Part shown: in pieces, positions 38,801-53,809 of the stretch
Numbering within the stretch: the stretch's first letter is position 1
Layout: each line of letters starts with the position of its first letter
Assembly (NCBI GenBank): GCA_013239625.1
Contig: MU054166.1
Location: forward strand, 75,319-139,318
Length of the DNA stretch: 64,000 nucleotides
Source of the DNA: Lama guanicoe
Lineage: Eukaryota
Direction of reading: 5' to 3'
Notes under the pieces: model-generated
What the model was told of the DNA's origin: nothing
Seen by the model: the letters and a program-made list of their open reading frames with translations, nothing else
Database searches by the model: none
Program-made: the position numbers and the translations under genes

Positions 38801-39437
38801 GTGTCTGAGCCCCAGCTCTCTTCACCTAGAAACTCTTGTGGATTTTCAGGGATGGGTAATGCACCCTTCCACCCACAGGTCACATCTGCCCTGTTGTTTT
38901 ATGGAGGGCCCAGGCTGTTCTGCCCTGTCCACTCACAGCCATGACACAATGCCAAATCCATTCCCCTGGGTAGCCACAGTGCAGCCATCCCCATCTACCA
39001 CCCAGCTCGGGCAGCATGGCTCTGCCCCCTGCTTCTGGGCTGCATCTTCAGCTGAGTGTCACAGGGATACTCTGTGCCTGTTTAACTTAGTTCTGTCAGT
39101 CAACTTATACTATGTACATGTCCAAGCCTTGGAGGCTCCCCCTTCTTCTTGCCAATCACACAGCTGGAGAGGGGAGACACAGTGAATGAGCACCAGTCCT
39201 TCTTTGCTGCTCCCTCCCTGTTGGAACTGTCCCATTCTGTTTTGCCTTTTCTTCTTTCTTTCTTCCTTTTCTCCTACCAGATTTTTCACATCTTTATCTA
39301 TTGAAGAGTACAATCTACTGTCATAGAACTGCAGTTTCTCTGGTTAGCTGAGTAGGTCTTTGTATGAGGGTCTGGTGCATTTGCGGGAAAGTGTGAGCTA
39401 GGAGCATCTTCCTACTCCACCATCTTTGCCTCCCCCC
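32815..39437 (-). mobile_element. Near-full-length (~6.6 kb) degenerate LINE-1; paralogue of the element at 1-5268
   Basis: T-rich tail ~32815-32850 and 3'UTR. ORF2 C-terminus 33356-33694 '[28 protein letters not shown]...CWRGCG...[14 protein letters not shown]'. RT 34459-34770. ORF1 start 37820. 5' end GGGGGGAGGCAAAGATGGTGGAGTAG. Confidence 0.96.
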
Positions 39438-42400
39438 AAAAGTCTCATTATATGGTGGAAGATAAACATAGTCTGGAAATAAATGGAAAAGATATTCCAT
39501 GTAATTGACAAGAAATGCAGATTGCAATGCTTAACTCATACAAAATACGTTTTAATATAGGGGCCAAAATAAAACAAATATGAGATTATATAAAGAAAAA
39601 GGGATCAATAAAAAAAGGGTATTACACTCATTAAATTATATATGGGCCCAACACCATAGATCCTAATTATAAAATGTAATTTTTTGTAGACATGAAGAAA
39701 TTAATTAATTATAAATCAATAATAGTAGATGAGATGAACACCTCACTATTCTTATAGCCAGATCACCCAGAAAGTATATCTGTAAGAAAACAGAGATCTT
39801 AATAACATATTAGATCATTTGAACCTAAGTGAGCTATTGGACACTGCATCAGAAAAGCAAAACACATAAATTTTCAAGTGTGCACAGGATGTAATCTAAG
39901 GAATTAACCACACATTGTCATGAAATGAGCCTCAGGAACTTTAAGCAAATATAGATTACAGCAAGTATTTTTCCATACACAAAGTAAGAAACTGTGCATC
40001 AACTCTAGAAAGAAGAATAGGAAAAGCACAAACATGAGGTCAAACCACATCCTTTAAAAAATAAAATAAAACAAGTTCAATGATGAAATCAAAGAGGTAA
40101 TAAAATAATACGTGGAGAGAAATTACAATGAAAACACAGCTTCATAAAACTTATGGAATACAGCAAATACAAATCTAAGAGGGAAGTTGAGAACAAATCA
40201 TGACTTCTACAAGGAACAGGAAAAACCTCATAGAAAGGGCCATACCACCCAAAATAACAAGAAATAAGAACAAACAAAATCCAAAGTCAATAAATTGAAA
40301 AATCTTTAATAATTATGTTGAAAATAAATAAAATAATAGTTGAAAAATAAATTACAAATCATAAAATCAACACCTTTAAATTTTTTAAAAAATATTAACA
40401 AACATGTAAACATTTAGCCAGGCTTATTAAGAAATACAGAGACTGGACACAAATAAAATAAGAAATTAAATAGAAGAAATAATATCAGATATTACAGAAA
40501 TACAAATAAAGATTATGAAAGCACAATGAGCTGTTACGTGACAACTAACTGGATGACTTAAAAGAAAAGGACAAATTTCTTGAAAAGTACAGCCTGCCAA
40601 CACTGAATAAAGAGAAATCTGAGAACTTGAATTGAACAATTCATATAAATTAACTAAAATGTATAATTTTAAGAACACCCTTTGAACAAAATATCTGGAT
40701 GCCTTCACTAAAATATTTTTATCCCAACTATTTTAAAAAATAAAGGAGGAAGGAAAATTCCCAAAATCATTCTATGAAGCCACCATTACCCTGATAATAA
40801 AACCAGTCAAAGACACTACCAAAAAAAATGGAAATGGAAATCCTATGTCATTGTTGAATGATGATATACATATAAAAATCCTCGAAAAACATCAACAAAT
40901 GAATCCAGCAACACTTAGAAAGTTTTATACATGATGATCATTTGGATTACTTCCTGAGTCACAAGGATGGTTCAACATACACAAGTCAATCAGCATGACA
41001 CATATCTAATAAAGGAAGGACAAATTACACAAGAACATGTCAATACACAAATTATAAGCATTTGACAAAATTCAACAAATCATCAGAAATGAAAGTGAGT
41101 ACAATGGGAACATCTCTCAACATACTAAAGGCCATTTATAACAATTTATAATACTCAGGGGAAAGGCTGAAAGCCTTCAGGGTAAATTCATGAACAAGAC
41201 AAGGATTCCTACCCTCACCACTTCACTTCAATAGTAATAGAAGAAAGGAAAAGGAAAAGAAAAAAAAGAAAAAGAAATGCAAAATGGACAGAAAGAGGCA
41301 AAATTGTCACCAGTACTGATGGCATAACAATCTACATAGAGAATCCTAAGAGCTCCACACTATTATGAACAATAAATAATTTCATCAAGGGAGCAGGGTA
41401 CAAGATTAACGTAAAGAAGTCTCTTGCATTTCTATGCATTAATCATGAGATACGATAAAATGGACATTGAAAGAAATAATATTTATTACCCCATAACCCC
41501 GAATATATTGGAATGAAAGTAACCACATATGTGAAATATCTACACACTGAAAATTATAAAACATTGACAAAGAAATTAAAAATTATTCAAAGAAACGGAA
41601 AGATGTCTTGTGCTCTTGGATTGAAAGAGTTCATATTGTTAACATGGCTGTACTATGAAAAGAAACCTACAGATTTAGTGCGAGTACTGCTACGAAGCTG
41701 TAGTATTTTCCACAGAACCAGAAAATTAACAAATCTAAGTTTTACATGAAACCATTAAAAATTGCCAAAATGATCTTGAGAAAAAAACAACAAATCTGGA
41801 GGTATAACCCTCCCAGATACCATACTATACTACAATCCTACAGTGATAAAATCAGTATGGCATTGGAACAGAGATACAATTAATAAAAACAGATAGAGAG
41901 CATAGAAATAATTCCACAAACCTATGAGCAATGAATCTATGATAAAAGAGTCAAGAGTACACAATGTAAAAAGGACAGTCACGTCAATGGATGGTGTGGG
42001 GAAAGCTGGACATCTACATTTAAAACAGTGAAATGAGAGCATTTCCTGACATCATATACAAAAATAAACTCCAAGTTTATTAAGGACCTAAATGTAAGAC
42101 CTGATACTATAAAACTGCTAGAAGGAAATATAGGTGATACACTATTGGATATATATCAAAGGAATATTTTCTTATATCAGTCTTCTAAGGCAAAAGAAAT
42201 AAAAGCAAAAATTAGCAAGTGGGACCTAAATAAACTTGAAAATTTCTGCACAGTTTAGGACACAATCAATGAAATGCAAAGACTGCCTGTATAAATGGAG
42301 AACATAATTGAAAACAATGCAAGTTACCAGGGGTTAATAGATGTAGGTTAATATATGCAACATGGATTTAGGTTAAACAACTCAAGGTGAAAAACAAAAA

Positions 42401-43504
42401 CCCAACCAAAAACAAGAGCAAAGTACCTGAGTTAATATTTTTCTGAAGAAAACATACAGATGAGTAACACGCAAGTGATAAAATTGCTCAACATTACTAA
42501 TTATTAGGTAATTGCAAATCAAAACCACAATGAGCTATCACTTCACACTGGTCAAACAGCTATTATGAAAAAGTCTACAAATAGAAACTGTGGAGGTAAG
42601 AAATCTCTTGTATACTCTTGGTAGGAACGTAAATTGATACAACTTCTAAGGAAAAGAGTATTCAGATTTGTTTAAAAACTAAAAAGTCAACTACCATATG
42701 ACCCAGTAATTCCTCTCCTAGGAAAAATCTGTGGAAAAAAAACCCTAAATTGAGAAGAACCAACGTTCACAAAAGCACTGTTTATAATATGCAAGAAATG
42801 GAAGCAATCCAAGATTCCACAGTAGACTATGGATTTAAGAAGATATGATGTTTCAATAAATATGCAATGGAATAATACTCAGCCATGAAAATGAATAACA
42901 CATTGCTAGTTCAGCATCCTGAATAGATCTAGTAAATAAAATGCATAGTGAAGAAACTTAGACAAAGACAAATGTATACAATGTAATTTATATGTAGAAT
43001 CTAAAGAATAACAAATATCTTTGTATATCTCTCTATAGCTATCTATTGATAGATGATAAATAGATAGAAGGATAATACATGATAGAGAGATAAAAAGATA
43101 GATAGATAGATAGTTATATAGATAGATAGATACATAGATAGATAGATAGATAGATAGATATATAGATAGATAGTGACATGTTGGAGATGTAAATAGATTA
43201 GTTAGACAAGACTTAAGCAGACTCAAAATTATGGGAAAAAATTTATGTTTACCAAAGTGGAAGGGAAAGAGATTTTAGTGGTAGAATATTGACAGATAGA
43301 AAGTAGTATACATAAAGGAGAGAAGCAACAAGGATAATCTTTATAGATCATGGAACTATACACAATTGCTTTAAATAATTGTATGTTAAAATTATTGTAA
43401 TATTTCATAATGCAATATAATCTACAAAGTGATTAGAATAACTATGCTGTACATCTAAAACTACACAATATAGTACATCTACTGTACTTCAATTAAAAAT
43501 AAAA
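39438..43504 (+). mobile_element. LINE-1, paralogue of 5270-9323
   Basis: Collinear with copy 1; 'VKYLHTENYKTLTK'; ends 'cttcaattaaaaataaaa'. Confidence 0.85.
43045..43172 (+). repeat. Imperfect (GATA)n microsatellite
   Basis: Directly visible 'gatagatagatagata' runs. Confidence 0.9.
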
Positions 43505-43509
43505 CATCT

Positions 43510-46500
43510 CATGTATAATTTAGTCATTTTTCTGCTGAAAGAATCTTCCTTTAATATTGTTTTATTTTTACTCTTTACCTTTTATGATTACTATTTCAAA
43601 TTATTTCTTTTACTGTTGTGAACAAGTTACCAGGTTGAATTATCTGTATTTATTGCCCCTGAATTCCTATTTTTCTCTCTTTAATACATATGGTATAGTA
43701 GCATTTAGAAACATACCCAAAGAAACATATGTAAATTTCTCGTGGTCTCTCCTTAGTACTTTAGTCAATGTTTTGTACATTTTGCCAATTTATATTTCTT
43801 AGAAGACTTCTTCTCTGCACCTCTTACAAGGTGTCTCGGTTTTGTTTTTTTCATCACATTCAGGTTTGCTTCTGGTATAGTCTTTATTTTCACTTTATAT
43901 CTAAGTGATAAATGTGTATTACTGGGTGAGTGATTTCTTATTTCAGTAGTTTCAAATGTAATTTTATTTACCCTTGGCCTATGTTTTCAGCTTAGAAATC
44001 TGCTGATAGCCTAATAGGGGTTCCTTTGTAGATTATCATAACTATTTTTGGCTGCCTTTAAAATATTACTCTATCATGACTTGCCAATTTGCATATGACG
44101 TATCTTGAAGGAGGTCAATTTGTCTTAAAGTTATTGGTGTTTTTTTGGCTCACCGACTTGTATATCAGTTCATTACACAGGTTCGGGAAGTTATCAACTA
44201 TTTCTTCTTTGAATAAACCATCAGCTGCCTTCTAACTTTCTTCTCCCTCCAGGATTCCACTCCAATGTGCAGTTTCAGAGGAAGTCTGATGGCTACTGTA
44301 GAGTTTCCTCACGTTTTAATATCTTGAATCTCTGCCCTCTCCTATCATTTCAAGTTTTGTATTGGTGAGTTTGCTAATTTCTCTTCCACAAAGACACTCT
44401 ACTTCAAATGCTTTCTGTTGCATTTTTCATCTCATTTATTAAATTCTCCTGGTCCTCCAATAACTTTTATTTTATAGTTTCAGCCTCTTTGGTAATGTTT
44501 TCCTTATCAACATTTCATTTATTCCTGAGCTCACTAAACTGCTTTCGTAGTTTTGTTTTTTGTATTGAGTTTCTGTATGACATCTATTTGGATTCTCCAT
44601 TAGTTGTATGGTAATATACCATGACTTTAAGTTTGGTGCATGGTTGTCATTGTATGTGTGTGTGTGTGCGCAGGTGCATGTGCGTGTGTGTCTGTGTCTG
44701 TGTCTGTGTTGGTGTCTGTATCTGTGTATCTGTGTGTGTGTGTGCCCTGTAATTTTACTGTGATTGGTCATGATCTTGATAAATTATTGCTCTGATGACA
44801 CTAAATAACAGATTGGGAGTTGGAGTCCTTGCTTTGTATTCTGGTAGTTTGCAATATTGCACAATTTTTGGTTTTACTTACCTCAGCTACCTCTGATAAT
44901 TTTTCAAAATGGCACTTTCCAGTCACTACTGTCTGGATAAAAGATGTGCTTTCATTGTCACTTCTTACCCTTCTCTGGTAGTTAATGCCACTTTTGTCAC
45001 TGGTATGGTGAACCCTTCCTTTTATCTGATATCCCTTGAGACTCAGTGCACACATTGAGGAAAGGTGCAAAGACTGGTGGGTATTTGGAATCAGGCAAGT
45101 GCCTTTGCTATGTCCAGTGTTGCGTGGCACCTTGTCTCCACCAATGTGAATGGGGAGTAGGGAGAGTGTCATGAATGTCTGAGTGTCTGAAGGATGGAAA
45201 TTCTGTCTCTATTTTAGCTCCCCCCTAGTTAATGTGACCATGAGTACTGGTGCAGTTGGAAGCCGAAGCTGTGTGAACCACTGAGACCCTGATTCTACTG
45301 GGTACTCTGAACTTGAGTATTCATATATCCTCGTCAGTGGCCCTTGGTTGCAGACACCAAATTTGCTCTTCCCACAGTTCAGCCTCTTTTGTGTATTTTA
45401 GTCCACCAAACTTTACCTGTTCTCATGTGTTCCAGAGTATTGTTTTGTGTTGTAGTTATTTTTGTTGAGATGTGAACATTTTATTGACTGTAGATGTAAG
45501 GGGAGAGACAAAAATTGTTTAAACTTATGTCACTTTTAAAAGTATATACTTTTTCAATTAAAAGCTTAAATTCTACTAATGACATTATTAAGACAGTAAA
45601 GAAATTGAATAAATCACCTCTCTTAATATCAGAGTACTACAAAATATTTTGATTTTTCTGTTTTTTTTAAGGTTTTTCCCACTTACATGCACATTTTACT
45701 ATTATATATCCCTATAATGACTTTAAAATCAATTAAATTATTAAAATATATCTCTGTGCTGTCAATGTAGCCCTGTTGGTTCACTAATTTATTACTAGTA
45801 GCTTGCACATTTCTGTCTTCTCCATCCTTCTTCCCTGTCCGTACAGGAAACCACTACACATATATATGTCATTCTGTTCCTGTTTTTCTATGATTATTTC
45901 TCTTATATCTTTATTTTCCTCATTTAAGTGACAACATTGAGTGTTTTTCTCTGTATGACTGATTTTCCTATGTGCAACACTCTCTGGATCCAGTCACGTT
46001 GTTCCAAATGGCAGAATTTTATTTTTCAATATGACAGTGACTAAATAATTATTATGTTATCTATATCTCACATCTAATTCAGCCAATCATCTGTTGATGG
46101 GCATTTGAGTTGTGCTTCAAACCTTGGCTACTATAAATGATGATGTTAAGGACATTTGGGGTAATATATCCTTTAAATTAATGTTTCAATTTTTTTTCAG
46201 ATTTATACCAAAAACTGGAATTGCTGCAATGTATAATCCTTCTATTTCTAGTTTTCTGGGCACTGTCCACCCTTTTCTAATAGTGGATGCATCAATTTAT
46301 ATTTCCACCAGCAGTGTATCTGGGGTCCCTCTTCTCAAAATTCTTATTAATGTTTGTCATTTGTAGACTTTTGTTAATAGCCATTTTGATTGCTGTGAGA
46401 TTATATTTAATTCTGGTTTTGATTTACATTTTTCTAATGAATAGCAACGTTATGTTCCTTTGTATGTGCATGAAAATCATCCATACGTCTGAATTTGAAA

Positions 46501-47285
46501 AGTTTCCATGAAGATGTTTCAACTGTTTTAAAGTTGGGGTTTTGTTTTTTTAAATATTGAGTCTAAAATTATATATATTAATATTATGGATTTTAAAATC
46601 TTGTTGGTTTCATTGTCTGCAATTTTCCCTTCTATTCTTTCTGTTATCATATCTCTTCTTGATGGTTTCCATTGCTCAGCAAAAGGTTTCGCACTTCACA
46701 CTTATACAAGAAGTAAAATCCCTGTATTGCATAGTACATCTATTTTTTCTTCAGTAAACTAAAAACTGTAATTGTTACTTTTCTTTTTTTTAATTTTGAG
46801 ACAGATCAAAAATAAACATTGCTATGATTTATCTCAAAGTGAGTTCTGCTCCTGTTCTTTGTCAGAAATTGCATAGTTTCAGGCTTTACATTTAGGAAAT
46901 CCATCCATTTTTATCTTATGTTGTACACTATGGAAGGAAGTGCTCTTACATCTTACTTTTACTTGTACTGTCCAGTTTTCTCACAACTTCTTGTTGAAGA
47001 GACTGCCTTTTTTCAATTGGATACTCTTGCTTCCTTCCTTGTAGACTAATTGACCGTATGTGTGTGGGATTATTTTAGGACTCTTTATTTTGTTCCATTG
47101 ATCTATGTGTTTCATTAAGTATCATATTTTGAAGAATTTATTACTGTACCTTTTTTGTATGTTATAAAGTCAGGGAGGATAATTCCCACAGCTTTGCCCA
47201 TTTTTAAAAAGAATTTCAGAAAATTTGGGACTTTCAGATTTTTGTATAAATTTTATCATTTTTCTCCTAGTTTTGTGAAGAAATT
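43510..47285 (-). mobile_element. Old LINE-1 fragments, paralogues of 9330-11330 and 11440-13102
   Basis: Collinear with copy 1; 'agaaatctgctgatagcctaataggggttcc' at ~43994. Confidence 0.7.
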
Positions 47286-47294
47286 TATTCTGTG

Positions 47295-50200
47295 AGAATA
47301 GAAATTTACTAAAAGAAAAAACCTGAGAAAAATTCTAAAGTGTGGAATATAAATCATGCAATATTAACAACTACTGGATTGCTGTATAAGTCAAAGAAAA
47401 AATATATAAAGAAGAAAAAATATGAAAAATGAAAACCAAAACAAAATCCATAGGGTATAACAAAAGCAGTATTAATAGGGATGCTTAAAGCAAAATAATC
47501 CCACTTATACAAATAAGAAACATCTCTCTCATAACATAATCTTGCAAACAAAAGATGTAGTAAAATAAGAAAATAATTGTCAGTATAAGGAAAGAGGTGA
47601 ATATACATAACATAAATAAAATAATGATTAAAAATAGAACGATTCAATCAAACTAAATAATGGCCTTTGAAATATGAATAAAATTGATAAACTTTAACCA
47701 GACTCATGAGAAAAAAGAGTAGAGATTAATAAACAGAATTCCAGGCCTAGAGAGCTTCAGAGGTGATTTCTGCCAAACAGTTAGGGAAGAGCTATCACCT
47801 ATACTTCTCAGCATATTACAAAAATTTCGAGTGGAAGGGAGGCTTCCTACCCCAAATTTCAGTATCACACTACTGCTAAAACTGGAACAAATACCTCAAA
47901 AAATTGCAGGTTACATACTTCTGATAAGCATAGATGAAAAAATCATCACTAAATTGTTAACAAATCAAACAATACATTAAGAGGATAATACAATATAATT
48001 AAGTCCACTTTATTTCAGGAATGCAAAAGTGATTCAATACCCACAAATCAATCAGTATGATACACCACACTAACAACCTGAAGAATAAAATATATATGGT
48101 CACCTCAATAGAGTCATAAAATATTTTGACAATTTCAGTATCTATTTATGAATAGATTTCTCCTCAAAGTGGGCAAGAGGAAACATACCTCCACACAGTT
48201 AAGGTCTTATATGACAAGAACTCAGCTAACATGACACTCACTGATTAAAAGCTGAATGCATCTCCAATAAGAGCAGGAATAAGACAAGATTGCTAACTCT
48301 GACCACTTTTATTCAGTATAGTATGGAAATTCTAGCCATAGCTATCCAAAACTAAAGTAAGTAAAATATAGCTAATTAAGAAAAGGAGTAAAAATATCTT
48401 TTTGCAGATGACATAATTTAAAACGAAATCCTAAAAATGGTGCCACAAAAGTAATAGGGCTTATCAATGCATTTTGTAAAATTTACGAATGAAAAATTAA
48501 CATACAGAAATCTTGCATTTCTACACACTAACAAGAAGCTAACTGATACAGAAAGTGATGGAACTGCCTCATTTAAAGTTTCATTACAAAAAAATCAATA
48601 AATATATCCAAACAAGGAGGTAAAAGACCTGTACTCAGAAAACTATAAAATATTTACAACAGAAATTGAAGATAATGCAAACAGATGAAAGGATATTCTG
48701 TGTTCATAGATGAGGAAAAATATATTGTTTAAATGACAGCATAAGCCAAGAAAATACACAAATTAAATTCAGTGCCTATCAAAATACCAAGGGCATTTTC
48801 AGACACTTACAATAAATAATTTTAAAATTTACATGTAAACACAAAAGAATTGAAATCACTAAAAAGAAAAAAAAGAAAAGAATACAAAATAACTAAAAAC
48901 ATAAGCAACTTTGACAAAGTACATAGAGGATGTATCACTGTCGCACATATTAAAGTATAAAACAAAGCTACAGTAATAAAAAGAATATGGTATTGGCCCT
49001 GAGCAAACAGAATAATGGAACACAAAGAAAGCCTGAAAATGAAATCAGACAGTTATGGTCATTTAGCCCATTACAAAAAATGAATATTCAGTGGGGGAAA
49101 GGTAACCAACAGGCAAATGAAACCGATCAACATGACTAACCATCAGAAAATTGCAAGACCAAAGCACAATGAGATTTTATGTCACTCCTGTCAGAATGAC
49201 TTCTATCAAAAAGATAGCAAACATAAATGTTGATAAGGATGTAAGAAAAACAACCCTGATGCACTGCTGGAGTGAATGGAAATATGTGCTGCCACTGTGG
49301 AAAAGAGTATGAAGATTTAACTAAAAATTAAAAATGAAATATAATCCAGCATTTCCATATCTGGATACTAATTCCATGAGAATAAATACACTAAGTAGAA
49401 AAGATAAATTCAACCCTATATTCACTGCAGCATTATTCACAATAGGCAGGATATACAAGCAAATTAATTGCTCATCAATAAAAGATGGATAAACAAGATG
49501 TGTGTTTATAATATATATATCTACCCACCTTAACTACATATTTATCTATATTTATTTATATATATATATACACACACACACACATAAAAATACAATGGGT
49601 AATTATTCAGCTCTAAATAGAATGTTTTTCTCATTTGCAAAAAATGGGTAGAACAAGAGTGTAATATGCTAAGTGAAATAAATCAGGAGGAGAATGACAA
49701 TTGCTGAATCATTTTACTCACACTTGGAATTTTAAAGAAATGAACATAACAACACAGAAAAGGAGATGTACATATAGAAAGAAACACATTGTTCACAAGA
49801 AGGAGGGAAATGGGGTTAGGAAAAGAAAAATTTGAGGAAAATGAAGAGAGAAAATTTTCCAGTTGCAAATAAATGAATCAGGGACAAGAAATGTCCTGTA
49901 TGGGGAATAGACAATTACTATGAAATATATTTACAAAGCAACATATCATAACTAGATATATTCTGGTGAACAGTATGAAATGAATTAAAAATAGTGAACA
50001 TTATGTTGTTTAGGAGAAACTAACACAGTGTTATAGATTAAAGTTCACTTCAAAAACAAACAATCATACTTATATAAAAAGAAACTAGGTTTCTAATTAA
50101 CAGAGGCAGGGGTTGGAAAAGGAGAATTTGATTAATGCACTCTAAAGCTACAAACCTCCAGCTGTAAAATAAACGTGTTCAAGGGATGCCCTGTAAAAAC

Positions 50201-50452
50201 ATGAAAATTACAATTAATACTGCTTTATGTTCTATATTAATGATGTTAAGAGAGTAGACCTTAAGGTTTATAATCACAACCAAAAGACAAATTGTATTTC
50301 TTTAAAATTGTATCTAAATGAGATAATGAAATCTCCCTAAAGTTGCTATGATATTTATTTCATGATAGTTGTAAATCAAATCACTATCCTATGCACCTAA
50401 ACTTTCACAATGTTTTATGCCAATTATATCTCAAAAAAAGAGGAAGGAAAAA
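47295..50452 (+). mobile_element. LINE-1, paralogue of 13115-16505, with an extra ~210-nt deletion near 47730
   Basis: Collinear with copy 1; 3' end 'gccaattatatctcaaaaaaag'. Confidence 0.85.
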
Positions 50453-53400
50453 TGGAAAGTCAATGGTCATTTTTTCCCATGAAATTTCTCATGATTGTTT
50501 TTGCAGCAAGTAAACTTGAGTCATGATATACTTATCCTTGGCAAAGTTACCAATAAATAAGTTATTCTGATAAATTATACATAAAGATACGAATAAAATT
50601 AGTTTTACCACGCCTTAAACATTCTTCATGTTAATAGCCCACTGCTTCTGTAGGCATCAAAATTTCACTCTGTGTATTCATTTGAGATTAGAGAATGGAT
50701 ACAAATTTAAAACTGGCTGCTCTTGCTGTGAGTGATAAAGATCACTGTCTCTGAACAATAGTCTCAACTCCCCGACAGCTACTGTAAGAAAAGAACATGC
50801 AAGGTTGCTAAAAATCTCAGCATTGTAAAATCTCAGAAATCCTACAATCCTTAACTGTTTTGCAATGGGAATGCAATAGTGACAAAGACTTGATTTTGGA
50901 TAACAATGTGGTGTTTTCTCATGGTTGCATTATGGGATTTGAGGATAATCCCTGAGATCCACAAAAAAAATTCACGCTCAAGGGCTGGGCAAAGAAGTGT
51001 AAAGCTTCTGCATTATTAGGTCTGAGGACTGCTTTTTAAATGAAGACTATGCTCACTCTATTCCAGGTAGTCCAAGGTAAGTAAGGTTATTGCAATTTCT
51101 ATGTGAACGGGAACAAGTCAGTGGTTCAGACACTATAAATTAGTCAAAGGGTGTTCAAAGACAAAATAAGTTGTGTCAACAATGAGAATTAAAAGAAAAA
51201 AAATTAGACATAAGCTTAAATTAAAAAGGTGATACAGTCCTGTGCTGGGGTCTGGGGACAGGAGAATGTATATGCCTCAGTCACATTCAGGGTTTCAGAG
51301 GCTTCACCCTAGCATCAGCTCGGGATTCATTGAGCAGGTAACAATTAGTATACAAGAAGAAATATAATCAATCTCTCCCTGATTGGAAGATAATCTGGTG
51401 ACCCAATGAAACTCTTAATTCACAGAGATTCTGACAGGTGCAGAGGAATAATTGACTGATGATTCAACTAAGACAAACTTAGTTACAGTTTAAAAATCCA
51501 TTTTCACACACACACACACTGGTAGACAGATTTGTAGTATTTAGTGGGAAGAATTCAGTGGGTAGAGCTCAGAGAATAGTTTTCAAAGCACCAGCCAACT
51601 TTTGTGCTTTTGCCAATAGTCTAGATTTTCCCAGGTAGAAAACTACAGATGGACAAACAAACAATATTCTTCTTTAGGATTTCTAATTTTGAAAGTAAAC
51701 TGTAGCTTTTGATTTATCAGTATAGAACCTTGTTAAAATGATCACAGTAAGACACACTGTCTGATAAGAGAGCTGGAAACTAGCTGCTGAAACAGCCCAT
51801 CTGAACCCCAGACTGCTAATGTAAGCAACAATATAGCCATCATCAGATTCAGCAGACAAACATAAAAGCTTGATGTTTCTGTTGTAGGATGACCCACTGC
51901 TGTCCAGACACAGTTCTCATGCTGCAAGTGGTCTCTATTCTTCTCTTGGTAAAGGTCACATTGGTGGGATGCTGCTAGAGTTCAACCTGGCCCATTTGCC
52001 CATTCTCCAGGTTTTCAAAGACTTTCTTCACAACAGGTGACACATTTTCAGTACTCAATTCTGCCATTCCAGTCTTATCAGCTGACACTGTTGTCATCAT
52101 TGTGAGCAGAAGACTTAGGCTTCCTGAACTTGCATATAATTATTTCAGCATTTCAGAAAATTTCACATTACGAAAATGCTTCACCTTTTATTTTAAATTA
52201 ATGGGAAATTGTCAAAGACTTCCATGAATATTTTATATTTCCTAATATCTGTATAAATTTGGTATTCTTCCAGTTGGACTAATGTTTATTTCTATCACCC
52301 CCACCTCCAACTAGTCCACACATTTTAGATTGCAATTTGGTTACTTAATGACACCACCCCACCCAAAGGGCAAGTACCTCATAGATACTACCTGTGTGAA
52401 GGTTAGAAGGGGCTCAAATTATGTGGGGTTTATAAACCGACATTAAATGTTTGCAATGACACTATCTCTTCTGGACAAAGCTCTGTTTCTAAGAAGTAAA
52501 TTAATTAGAAGGCAGTATAGTTCTCGGTATGGGGATGAGAATCAGCTATTTTAGTATGGGTGGGTGATGAAGAGACTGGAAAATATCCAGCAAATGTGAA
52601 TGGAATGCTTTATGCCTCTGGAGGCATGAATTAAGAAGAAAATAATATTTTGTCTCCTGTAACTACCTCCACTTACTGTCTTGGGTGACTAGTCCCTGGG
52701 CTATTGAAAGAGCTAGTTTGTGGTGAGAAATATAGACCATAATGAAATAGTTTGAAAACCATGAGAGTTTTGTTGTTTCAGGAAAGTAGATTTGGCTTAA
52801 AGTCAACATGTATTTTTCATTCACTAAATACTAAAATGCATCCTGTGGCATGTGCTGTGATTACTGTGCTGGTATCCAAGTTAGACATGGAAAGGGGGAT
52901 AGACAGAAAACATCTGGAGGAGGTGGTTTCTGTGCTTAGATGGGGATAGTCTAGGTAGGTAAAAGGAAGACAACGAAAGCCAAGGATGAGCTGGAGTAAA
53001 AATGGTGAGTTTGCAGCTAATATTGTTGACAAGCATTTGCCTGGATGAACCTCCAGAAACAGTGAAACATAAAGAAATGCCAAGGTAGTCAGATGCCAGA
53101 TTTATAAAGTAATGACTAAACTAATTTGAGTATGTGTGCTTAGAGCTGGAAAGGCATTAAATGCCACCCTGAGGACGTAAGCTTGTCTTTGGCTGGAACA
53201 GAAAAGCAACATAAAGTATTGACTAGAAAATATAGTGTAGACTCTTGAGGGCAGGGAATTAAAGCACCAATTGGAATACTTTGAGAACAGCACAAGAAGA
53301 CCATAGATAATATTACTTCTCAAATTCTACTACATGATGAATGTGACATCTAAGACAACATCATGTGACTTTTTGACACCAGGGATGACATAATAGAGAC

Positions 53401-53710
53401 CATGATCCCTGGGCCGGTTCCTGCATTTATCTCCTCTTCCAACCTATCCTAACTTAACACTTTCCTTACTTTCCAGGATGAACCAGAAACCACTTAGTAC
53501 TTTTTCCTCTCTCCATGTTTTAGTCTTTTCCCAAATTCTTCCATTTTTTCTTCTTCCTTACGAGAAATTATTTTAATTTACTCCCATATTTTTCCATCAA
53601 GAGATCATATCAATCAAATATCTCTTTTTTCTTTAAATGGCAACTTAGTCTCCCGTTTAACTCTAAACTCTAATTTAAAAAAATAAAGAAAATACAGATA
53701 CACATCTATG

Positions 53711-53716
53711 TTTATT
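53711..53716 (-). terminator. Polyadenylation signal AATAAA of HSFY copy 2
   Basis: TTTATT on the plus strand, 94 nt beyond the stop codon, same spacing as copy 1. Confidence 0.7.
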
Positions 53717-53809
53717 GTTCAAATAAGAAAACTGCAGATATTTGTCGACATTTGCCAACATCAATTGTAATCTTTGTTATCCTGTATAATCTGGTAGTCC
53801 TCTGGAAGT

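Noticed and set aside
42906..43226. Low-complexity ORFs (YLSI, HRHT and FIYL repeats; also 44472-44771 and 28193-28438)
   Set aside because: They are translations of GATA, TG and TAAA microsatellites.
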